From the IMG/VR virus record IMGVR_UViG_3300036945_000174, positions 1 to 63,043 of that record: 63,043 bases of DNA, one strand, 5' to 3'. The notes under the pieces are model-generated. The model searched no databases. It had not been told where the DNA came from and was given only the letters and a program-made list of their open reading frames with translations. Shown here one piece after another: positions 8,962-15,662 of the stretch. This stretch comes from a virus (lineage: Duplodnaviria > Caudoviricetes). A program made the position numbers and the translations under genes. Numbering within the stretch: the first letter of the stretch is position 1; each line of letters starts with the position of its first letter.

Positions 8962-10565
8962 TATGCTCTTGCCATTGTTATAATTGCGTTAGTACTAAGC
9001 ACTGTTGTAGATACCGATACGGCATTCTTCAGCGCGTTCTTTGTTACCTTTAATGGATCAATTACACCCATCTTGTACATGTCTCCGGTTGTCATGTTCT
9101 TGATATCGAATCCAACAGTATATCCTTGTAGTCCATCCATCAGCTCGTACCCGTCTAGTCCGGCGTTCTCGAATATCTGTAGTAGTGGTGCCTGAATAGC
9201 TCTTGCCACAATATGCATGGCCGCGTACTGCTCTGCGCTGATGTCCTCGATCATATCGTCTGCATCTGCAATGATCGCGTACGACTCATTAAACAGTGCT
9301 ACTCCGCCACCAGGTAGGATGCCCTCCTCCAGTGCAGATCGTACCGCGCATACCGCATCGTCTACCCTGTCCTTGCGTTCCTTTTGTTCTAGGTCAGAGT
9401 TTCCTCCGACGTGAATCACAGCTATTCCACCTGTCAAGCTGGCAATACGCTCCTTGATAAAGTCCTGGTCGTTCTTTTTATTACTCAAGTCGTGAGCCTG
9501 CCATAACTGAGTTACTCTTTCTTCTACCACGTCAGTGGTCGACTCTGATTTTATAATTGAAGCTGATTCTCTTCCAACTATTACACGCTTAGCCTTACCA
9601 AGTGATTCGATTGTCATAAGACTTAAATCATCTCCAGTCTGCTCTGAGAAGTACTTGGCACCTACTGCCAACGCAATATCGTTCATCAGTTCGTTTCTCT
9701 TATAACCAAACTCAGGTGGTGGGATGTTACAGAACTTAAGTCCTTTCTGTACTACGTTGATTGCCAGTGTGTTAATTACGTTTTGACTGCACGGCCCGAT
9801 GATCAATAGTTTCTTGCCAGTCTGGATCACGTCTCTAAGCACGTTCTCGATTGATAGGATGTTGTTGATCTCTTGATCCGTAACTAGAATGTGTACGTCC
9901 TCTAGTATGCACTCGTCCTTTCTGTGGTCGTTCACGAATAGTTGTGACGTGTATCCTCTGTTTACCTTGATACCGTTAGTGTACTCGCAGTAGGTCTCAG
10001 CCGTCTGTGAGTTCTCAACCGTTACGATACCGGTCTTACCCACCTTGTCGTACGCTTCAGAGATCAAATTACCAATCTCAGAATCGTTATTAGCAGATAT
10101 CGACGCCACGTTGTTTAACGTCTTTCCTGTTACTTTCTTTGAGCGCTTCTCTAGTCGGTTGATTAGCTTGTTTGTTGTGTCGTTGATCTGTCTAATCACC
10201 TCTGTCGTGTTCAGATTACTGGTGATCATGTCCTGACCGTGCTTTACCAGCGCCTCTGTTAGTACGATGGCCGTTGTGGTACCGTCACCAGCGCTTGTCG
10301 CGGTGCGGTCTGCCGCTTCCTTCATCATCTTTACCGCTAGGTTCTCTACTGGATCTAGTAGATCAATTGATTTAGCGACTGTTACACCGTCCTTAGTTAC
10401 TGTAATACCGTGCGTGTGGTTGATTGACTCGATCAGTACGGTCTTTCCGCGCGGTCCTAGTGTGCTCTTTACTGCCTTGGCGATCGTGGTGATGCCGTTG
10501 ATTAATTTTTCTCGTCCTTCTTGTTCAAAGTCTAGAACTTTTGGACTGTATCCGAAGTTTGTCAT
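8961..10565 (-). CDS. groEL: Chaperonin GroEL homologue
   Basis: TLGPRG, VTKDGVTVAK, GDGTTTA, GILPGGGVAL, GVIDPLKVTK; no C-terminal GGM tail. Confidence 0.97.
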   Translation of the reverse strand: MTNFGYSPKVLDFEQEGREKLINGITTIAKAVKSTLGPRGKTVLIESINHTHGITVTKDGVTVAKSIDLLDPVENLAVKMMKEAADRTATSAGDGTTTAIVLTEALVKHGQDMITSNLNTTEVIRQINDTTNKLINRLEKRSKKVTGKTLNNVASISANNDSEIGNLISEAYDKVGKTGIVTVENSQTAETYCEYTNGIKVNRGYTSQLFVNDHRKDECILEDVHILVTDQEINNILSIENVLRDVIQTGKKLLIIGPCSQNVINTLAINVVQKGLKFCNIPPPEFGYKRNELMNDIALAVGAKYFSEQTGDDLSLMTIESLGKAKRVIVGRESASIIKSESTTDVVEERVTQLWQAHDLSNKKNDQDFIKERIASLTGGIAVIHVGGNSDLEQKERKDRVDDAVCAVRSALEEGILPGGGVALFNESYAIIADADDMIEDISAEQYAAMHIVARAIQAPLLQIFENAGLDGYELMDGLQGYTVGFDIKNMTTGDMYKMGVIDPLKVTKNALKNAVSVSTTVLSTNAIITMARA

Positions 10566-10566
10566 A

Positions 10567-10818
10567 TTAAATTTTTTCGTAAGTTAATTCAAAGATATCT
10601 TTGTCGCATGGGTAGAACTCTCCTTTTATACCTTTAATAATATAGTCCTCTTCATATGCGCGCATGTTCCCTTCTAATGTTTTAACAGATATCTCACCCT
10701 CGTGTATCCATTGATAGTCTATATTATCTCCGGCAAACTCTCTAAGCTTATCTAATTGAGTAAACTCTATGATAAACTGAACCGCTTCGATTTCTATCGG
10801 TTTTTTTCTGTACTTCAT
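10567..10818 (-). CDS. PGDYG-like phage protein
   Basis: KYRKKPIEIEAVQF...KTLEG...DYIIKGIKGEFYPCDKDIFELTYE. Confidence 0.7.
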   Translation of the reverse strand: MKYRKKPIEIEAVQFIIEFTQLDKLREFAGDNIDYQWIHEGEISVKTLEGNMRAYEEDYIIKGIKGEFYPCDKDIFELTYEKI

Positions 10819-10821
10819 TTC

Positions 10822-11058
10822 TTAGTATTGAAATGTTAAGACTTTGACTACATTCATCTGCGCATCTAGTATATCACCGATGGCCTTATCAAATAATAGT
10901 CTGCATAGCGGTCTCTCTGAGTTTGGATCCGCGTTTTGATTTAGTAGGTCTGCTAGTTCTGCGCAAAGTTCTTTTGCTCTGTTCACATTAGCATCTCCTG
11001 AAGGGTTAAATGTTAGTCCAACTAACTTTTCTCCGAATGTTAATTCTCTTGTTTCCAT
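10822..11058 (-). CDS. Acb2/Tad1-like helical-hairpin protein (candidate cyclic-nucleotide sponge)
   Basis: TFGEKLVGLTFNPSG...two helices ending AIGDILDAQMNVVKVLTF. Confidence 0.55.
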   Translation of the reverse strand: METRELTFGEKLVGLTFNPSGDANVNRAKELCAELADLLNQNADPNSERPLCRLLFDKAIGDILDAQMNVVKVLTFQY

Positions 11059-11081
11059 AATATATTAGATTTAATTCTCGA

Positions 11082-11089
11082 CAAATATA
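11082..11089 (-). promoter_or_regulatory. Bacteroidota -7 promoter box (TATATTTG) for the sponge/groEL operon
   Basis: Consensus match just downstream of a terminator and upstream of ATG 11058. Confidence 0.65.
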
Positions 11090-11102
11090 CATATTATTTA
11101 TT

Positions 11103-11129
11103 AAAAACAAAAGCACCCGTTAGGGTGCT
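11103..11129 (-). terminator. Intrinsic terminator
   Basis: AGCACCC/GGGTGCT stem followed by a U-rich tract on the minus strand. Confidence 0.8.
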
Positions 11130-11168
11130 CGTTCTAAACAAAAATGTTTAGGCAAAGAATGGAATTTC

Positions 11169-11360
11169 TTATTTTTTCTTACCCTTCATAAAGGACATGG
11201 TCGGCATGGTCTTAGCTAAATTAATGGCGTTAGCCATCGTCATAGATTTTTCCATCATCTCTTTAGCCTCGTGCATGTCTTTTTTAGCCTTGGCCATTCT
11301 GTACAATCCGATCTCCTGTGTTGGCATCGGCTTGTTGTTGTTTTCTAGTTTTATTCCCAT
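11169..11360 (-). CDS. Met/Lys-rich small protein
   Basis: 63-aa ORF overlapping the upstream stop. Confidence 0.55.
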   Translation of the reverse strand: MGIKLENNNKPMPTQEIGLYRMAKAKKDMHEAKEMMEKSMTMANAINLAKTMPTMSFMKGKKK

Positions 11361-11491
11361 CTGATGTGTATACTTATAAATGTTAGATATATTATTAATT
11401 CTCCGTAGTCGAACTCCTCGTCCTTACCGTAGTATCCCCATCCAATTGCTGGACCTACATTAAACCTTGATTGAATTTCTATTTCTGTCAT
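11351..11491 (-). CDS. Small hypothetical protein (46 aa), probably leaderless
   Basis: Hand-translated MTEIEIQSRFNVGPAIGWGYYGKDEEFDYGELIIYLTFISIHIRWE; TACCTTTG box (11496-11503) ends 4 nt before ATG. Confidence 0.6.
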   Translation of the reverse strand: MTEIEIQSRFNVGPAIGWGYYGKDEEFDYGELIIYLTFISIHIRWE

Positions 11492-11762
11492 GCTACAAAG
11501 GTAATAAAATTATTTGATTGTTATTATACACAAAATGTCTAGAAATGTCTAGAATATCGAACATTGTTCATTATATTTGAATGTTCATTGACAATGAACG
11601 CTGATTTTAAATGAACATATCTACCCACCTATATAATAACGGCAATTATCGCCGGTATTTGCCAACGTTATATGCGGTATAGTGCATTTATTGTTGGTAA
11701 AAGCACACATTTATATGTTATATCATATAAAAATGTAGTATAATGCATTATTATATGTAAAA

Positions 11763-11925
11763 GCATCGGCGCCTGGGACATCCCGAGCCTAAACCGATGC
11801 CTTAGCGCCTTTTTGAACGACGTCGAGAAAGCTAACTCTATCTCCTATACGATGAGAACAACCTGAGCGCACTGATCTTACGGGAAGTGTGTTGTGTTTT
11901 ACGATCCACTCGCGAGCGTGGCTGT
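11763..11925 (-). ncRNA. Candidate structured ncRNA (unit C of the array)
   Basis: GC-richer non-coding segment; GCATCGG/CCGATGC stem 11763-11800 plus shorter stems. Confidence 0.5.
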
Positions 11926-11927
11926 TG

Positions 11928-12014
11928 ATACCGGTGAGAGACTCGAACTCTCATCTACTTCTAAAAGTAATGCTTACCCTAGGCAGTATTTATTCCTACT
12001 TACACCAACCGGTA
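11928..12014 (-). tRNA. tRNA-like element with long variable arm and non-canonical anticodon arm
   Basis: Acceptor TACCGGT/ACCGGTA, D-stem GTGT/ATAC, variable arm TACTT/AAGTA, T-arm GAGAG-TTCGAGT-CTCTC. Anticodon arm TGCCTAGGGTAAGCA is 15 nt with no canonical 7-nt loop. Confidence 0.7.
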
Positions 12015-12015
12015 C

Positions 12016-12165
12016 TATTCCACTAAGGCAGCGTCATCCTTAGTCGCACTTCGATAGTTGCTTATAACATGAGCTTCATGTACTATCACGTTTCGAGTTC
12101 TTTATCGACCACCTCTGAAGGTCACTCCGCACGGCGTGTTTTTCCGTTTAACCGCGTAACGCTTA
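12016..12165 (-). ncRNA. Candidate structured ncRNA (unit B)
   Basis: Stems ACTAAGG/CCTTAGT, GATAGT/ACTATC enclosing ACATGA/TCATGT, and GACC/GGTC; no ORF. Confidence 0.55.
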
Positions 12166-12167
12166 TT

Positions 12168-12247
12168 GTGTCAGGGCCGGACTCGAACCGGATAAGCAAC
12201 CAGTATTTCATGGATTCGGGACCATCCCTCATTACACCCACCTGACC
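12168..12247 (-). ncRNA. tRNA-like element (acceptor and T-arm intact, interior non-canonical)
   Basis: GTCAGG/CCTGAC acceptor-like stem, CCGG-TTCGAGT-CCGG T-arm; no standard D or anticodon arm. Confidence 0.6.
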
Positions 12248-12249
12248 TT

Positions 12250-12398
12250 ACGGTTAGTTGTTTAGTAGCATCTGCACCGCTAAGCAGATTTTATTACCGA
12301 TGAACAACTACGTCGAGAGTTTAATATTCACTGCAACTCACAAGCGTTCCCTAACATCAGAGACCAATCTTACAAGTTTAACGTGCATGTAAGAGCAC
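12250..12398 (-). ncRNA. Candidate structured ncRNA (unit A) starting with an H-type pseudoknot
   Basis: GTGC/GCAC crossing TCTTACA/TGTAAGA (12368-12398); TAGTTGTT/AACAACTA enclosing ATCTGC/GCAGAT (12255-12310). Confidence 0.55.
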
Positions 12399-12401
12399 TG
12401 T

Positions 12402-12623
12402 TTATTGTACAACCTTAATTACATTACCGTTTTTACCTATGACTACGGTCAAGTCGAATTGTTTATCCAGGTAGTTCATTATCTCGTGAACATCCCCGTT
12501 CATAAAGAACATGTGGAAGTGATTGAAGTGAATGTTCCTACCCGTCTTCTCTATAAAGTAACGATGGAACCAGCTGATCGGCATGTCGTCCTGCGTTCGT
12601 AACTTAATGTATTCGTCTTTCAT
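12402..12623 (-). CDS. Hypothetical protein heading the ncRNA array, probably leaderless
   Basis: 73 aa; TATATTTG box (12628-12635) ends 4 nt before ATG. Confidence 0.65.
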   Translation of the reverse strand: MKDEYIKLRTQDDMPISWFHRYFIEKTGRNIHFNHFHMFFMNGDVHEIMNYLDKQFDLTVVIGKNGNVIKVVQ

Positions 12624-12899
12624 TTGGCAAATATAATAAAATTTTATCAGATATGCGTAGTGTTTAGGTAATATATAGATATTGCGGATGGGATGCCAAA
12701 ACGAAAACGACTTAAAAATCGAGGGTGGGGTACTGATTTCACTGGACTTGCCGAGAATTTTTGGCTTTTTCTGGACTGCCCTACCCCTACACGCAAGTGT
12801 CTATTATATTACGCGCATACACGTACTACTATACGCGCACGTATACGTACCTATAATTCCTTTTTTTTACGGAGAGTAACCGATCAGATCCATACCAAA

Positions 12900-13169
12900 C
12901 TACTCCAATCGTTTACGTTGCTGGTATAATCTATCTCTCTCGTTGATACGTTCTTTGTTATCAATCTTATACTGCTTATCATACTCTCTCTTTAATTCCT
13001 TGCGCGAGTCTCTGTATTGTTTTAATCGTTCCTTATTGTCAACACCAAAGTATTTGAAATAACTTTTATCACACGTCTTGCAAATAGGTCTCAATCCATC
13101 AACCTTACTCTTGTCCTTTCTGAAATTCGTAGCATCACTTTCAATACTACATTTTGTACATTTTTTCAT
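12900..13169 (-). CDS. Zinc-finger protein resembling the N-terminus of an HNH homing endonuclease (possibly truncated)
   Basis: MKKCTKC...FRKDKSKVDGLRPICKTC then K/R-rich helix; no nuclease motif before the stop. Promoter box TATCTTTG at 13186-13193. Confidence 0.55.
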   Translation of the reverse strand: MKKCTKCSIESDATNFRKDKSKVDGLRPICKTCDKSYFKYFGVDNKERLKQYRDSRKELKREYDKQYKIDNKERINERDRLYQQRKRLE

Positions 13170-13207
13170 ATCATTTATTTTTATGCAAAGATACAACATA
13201 TGTCTGT

Positions 13208-13515
13208 ATGACGATTAAGCACCTAATCCATGACAAGAAATGACGAAATATGACGCCAAATGACAAGATTTAAAATAATTGTCATGGCGCTAGGCCACAC
13301 CAGTAAAGGAAAGTTTACGAAATATGACGCCATGACGTTTTTATCCCTATATAGAGCCTATACGTTTTTATATATATATTATTTTTTTTTTAAATGCATT
13401 TAGGATAGTAAAAAACGACATGTTGACATAAAACGTTAATTATCAGTTAGTTAGCTTAAAATTCTTGACATAAAGTTGTCATATTTTAAGAAAAGTTGTC
13501 ATAAATCCAGTGTTT
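13208..13515. repeat. ATGAC/GTCAT iteron-like array, candidate replication origin
   Basis: ATGAC at 13208, 13230, 13240, 13250, 13260, 13324, 13332, inverted copies downstream, AT-rich tract near 13365-13395; lies at the transcription divergence point. Confidence 0.55.
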
Positions 13516-13800
13516 ACAGGCCTTCCCGCGTCATGAGAATATTTGCGTGTGAATTGGTATTTCGCGTAGATATACAGAGACTTGAAATAGCCACCGCCCC
13601 AACCTTCCCCACACAAATCCAATAGTAAGCAAATACAATACGTAAAACACTGATAATCAACACATTAAACTAACTTCGTTGTTTTTTGTTGAATAATTGT
13701 CAATATCAGGTCCAATTCATTGCATTATTCTCATCAAAATAATCAATTCACTGAGAATATCATAAAAATGCACTAAAAACAAAACTTTTTTTAATTTTTA

Positions 13801-13832
13801 TTTGGTACATTGAAATTGTCGCCATATGTTTG
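13801..13832 (+). promoter_or_regulatory. Early promoter with full Bacteroidota consensus
   Basis: TTTG (13801-13804), 20-nt spacer, TATGTTTG (13825-13832); predicted start near 13837. Confidence 0.8.
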
Positions 13833-13836
13833 CGGT

Positions 13837-14045
13837 GTTCAAATGAACGAGTAGAGAACTTCACTACTAATCAAATCGGTTGAGACCACAGACCTAAGAT
13901 GTGGCGGAGGTGTAGATGTCACCATAACCATCCTACTGAACAAACAGGTGTTATAAGCGGAGTAGTTGCCGTGAAGAGCGAAATGTAAACAGCATCAAAT
14001 AGATGTTATAAAGATTATAAGGCGGGAGTTTTATAATTGGTTTAG
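13837..14045 (+). ncRNA. Structured 5' leader RNA upstream of hammerhead 1
   Basis: Successive stems including GGTTG/TAACC enclosing CCACA/TGTGG and GGTG/CACC, and ATTATAAGGC-GGGA-GTTTTATAAT; no ORF. Confidence 0.55.
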
Positions 14046-14100
14046 AAACGTATATGGATGTGTTATCCATACTGATGAGCTACAGAATAGCGAAACGTTT
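14046..14100 (+). ncRNA. Hammerhead ribozyme, type III (cleavage after GUA, A14052)
   Basis: AAACGT-A, stem I TATGGAT/ATCCATA, core CTGATGA, stem II GCTA/TAGC, GAA, stem III ACGTTT; all core bases and pairs present. Confidence 0.93.
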
Positions 14101-14113
14101 AAACTTAATTATT

Positions 14114-14332
14114 ATGTTAGTAGAAATTTATGTAAATGGAGATTGGAACACGTCATTAGAAGACAACAATGAAGTTGTGATTTATGATAAAGGAACGGTT
14201 TATAAATTAGACGATAGTCTTTATGATTCTTTTATTGATAAATTAGAAGATGAAGGATTTGATTGTTATTTCTGTCCTGAACTATTTAAACATCCTGAAT
14301 GGAATGGAATTATAAAGTATGAGGTTAACTGA
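14114..14332 (+). CDS. Acidic 72-aa early protein bracketed by two hammerheads
   Basis: ATG 14114 after an AT-rich leader (the track start at 14054 lies inside ribozyme stem I); the TGA stop is part of the second CTGATGA core. Confidence 0.7.
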   Translation: MLVEIYVNGDWNTSLEDNNEVVIYDKGTVYKLDDSLYDSFIDKLEDEGFDCYFCPELFKHPEWNGIIKYEVN

Positions 14333-14372
14333 TGAGTCTTAAGTAGACGAAACTCCTTCGGGAGTCTTAACC
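14323..14372 (+). ncRNA. Hammerhead ribozyme, type I (cleavage after GUC, C14366)
   Basis: Stem I GGTTAA/TTAACC, core CTGATGA, stem II GTCT/AGAC, GAA, stem III ACTCC-TTCG-GGAGT, then C. Confidence 0.95.
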
Positions 14373-14390
14373 AATTTAATTATTTATATC

Positions 14391-14633
14391 ATGGAAAAAT
14401 TTGCAAGAAAATGTGACATCACAAACAAAGGAATGAACGAAGGATGGTACTGCGAGTGCTTAGATACTTACATTAAAAACGAAGCAGACGCAATCAATTT
14501 TGTAAACGAACATACGTATGCTGATTTAGAATGTGCATACAATGATGAGTTTATATACTACACAGAGTGGGATGCTGAAGAAGACGAAGATGAATGGTAC
14601 GACGAAAATGGTAAACTATACGAAAATGAATAA
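14391..14633 (+). CDS. Very acidic 80-aa early protein
   Basis: About 24 D/E vs 6 K/R, aromatic-rich. Confidence 0.75.
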   Translation: MEKFARKCDITNKGMNEGWYCECLDTYIKNEADAINFVNEHTYADLECAYNDEFIYYTEWDAEEDEDEWYDENGKLYENE

Positions 14634-14811
14634 GATATACTACCACATTTTAGAGCATGGCTCTTACGGACAAATCGGATGGCAAGGATATTACAAAACA
14701 GAAAGCGAAGCGAAGCAAATAATTAATACACTAAGCGATATGTTTCCGAATCTATACTTTGAAATATTTCTATCCACAAGTAAAAACGAACCACCAATAA
14801 CAACATTATGA
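14626..14811 (+). CDS. Small early protein (start revised to 14626)
   Basis: MNKIYYHILEHGSYGQIGW...; start overlaps the previous gene end. Confidence 0.6.
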   Translation: MNKIYYHILEHGSYGQIGWQGYYKTESEAKQIINTLSDMFPNLYFEIFLSTSKNEPPITTL

Positions 14812-14889
14812 CAAAATCACAAAAACAAGGTAGACTATACCTACAGGTAACAATCGTATTAGCAATAGTAATCTTTAATTTATTAGCAT

Positions 14890-15063
14890 ATGCAGTTAAC
14901 TAACAAATACATCGAGAGTCTATACCTAGACTACGTAAACAACTGGCTCACTGCCTCAAGGTGGCAGGAACACCACGGACTAAACAAGCACCAATCAAAT
15001 TATATACTTAAAAAAGGCAAATCATTATGGCGACAATCATCTCAAAAATCTACGACAAAATAA
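14890..15063 (+). CDS. Small early protein (57 aa)
   Basis: Hand-translated MQLTNKYIESLYLDYVNNWLTASRWQEHHGL... Confidence 0.6.
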   Translation: MQLTNKYIESLYLDYVNNWLTASRWQEHHGLNKHQSNYILKKGKSLWRQSSQKSTTK

Positions 15064-15117
15064 GCTACTTCCTATTCGGAGACAACAAAAACGTAACCTA
15101 TAAACACTTTAATTAAT

Positions 15118-15441
15118 ATGAAAGCAATTTTAAACATCGGACTAAACAACAATCCATTAAGCCAGGAGGCAATCATCAACAAGTTAAGAGAAGACTATGC
15201 GCTAGACACGTACAAGTTTGCCATCGGACGATACGAAGACGAGAACGAACCAACACTAGTAGTGCACATCGAAAGTCCATACGCTAGGACTAGCCACTTC
15301 ATTAAGAAGATTGAAGAGTTGTCCACGATACTAACACAGAACTGCATCGCGGTAAGCACAGACCAGTTCGACATACTAGTGTACGCACAGAACTTCAACG
15401 GACAGAGATATAAGTTTGATAACCAATACTTTATACGATAA
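15118..15441 (+). CDS. Putative SAM lyase (T3 SAMase-like) anti-restriction protein
   Basis: GRY...EPTLVV...LTQNCIAV...LVYA parallels T3 SAMase GCY...EKTVRV...EQDCVLV...LVYA as recalled; early location. Confidence 0.55.
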   Translation: MKAILNIGLNNNPLSQEAIINKLREDYALDTYKFAIGRYEDENEPTLVVHIESPYARTSHFIKKIEELSTILTQNCIAVSTDQFDILVYAQNFNGQRYKFDNQYFIR

Positions 15442-15659
15442 TGACACTACAACTATACCGCAGACAACTAAGCAACAACGCGCTTACTATCGACAATGGT
15501 GGTCAGCCGTTCTTTATCCCGAAGTCATTCGAGCATACGATAGTTAACGACTACCTAGTGATTGTAGACGTACCGAAGTGGTTCGAGGACAAGCACGAGG
15601 ACACACTAAATAGAATTAAAACAAACACCAACCTAACAATAAAAAGACTGACATCATAA
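15441..15659 (+). CDS. Hypothetical early protein
   Basis: 72 aa; FIPKS...VPKWF. Confidence 0.65.
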   Translation: MTLQLYRRQLSNNALTIDNGGQPFFIPKSFEHTIVNDYLVIVDVPKWFEDKHEDTLNRIKTNTNLTIKRLTS

Positions 15660-15662
15660 CTC

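Noticed and set aside
11520-11760. AT-rich spacer with short repeats and palindromes (AATGTCTAGA twice, GAACATTGTTC)
   Set aside because: Too short and low in complexity to support a specific function.
11928-12014. Suppressor or Leu tRNA reading from the CTAG in the anticodon arm, implying stop-codon recoding
   Set aside because: No canonical 7-nt loop with U33; genes read intact in the standard code.
13208-13515. CRISPR array
   Set aside because: Repeats are 5-7 nt with no 25-40 nt repeat-spacer pattern, and no cas genes are present.
13924-13985. Twister- or pistol-like words (TAA...GTTATAAGC...GAG; CAGGT; TAAGCG) in the leader
   Set aside because: Required stems and pseudoknot pairs could not be built, and motif order is wrong for pistol.
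14915-14980. Hairpins and a possible pseudoknot suggesting an HDV-like ribozyme
   Set aside because: No nested double pseudoknot found; the region is explained by the 14890-15063 ORF.
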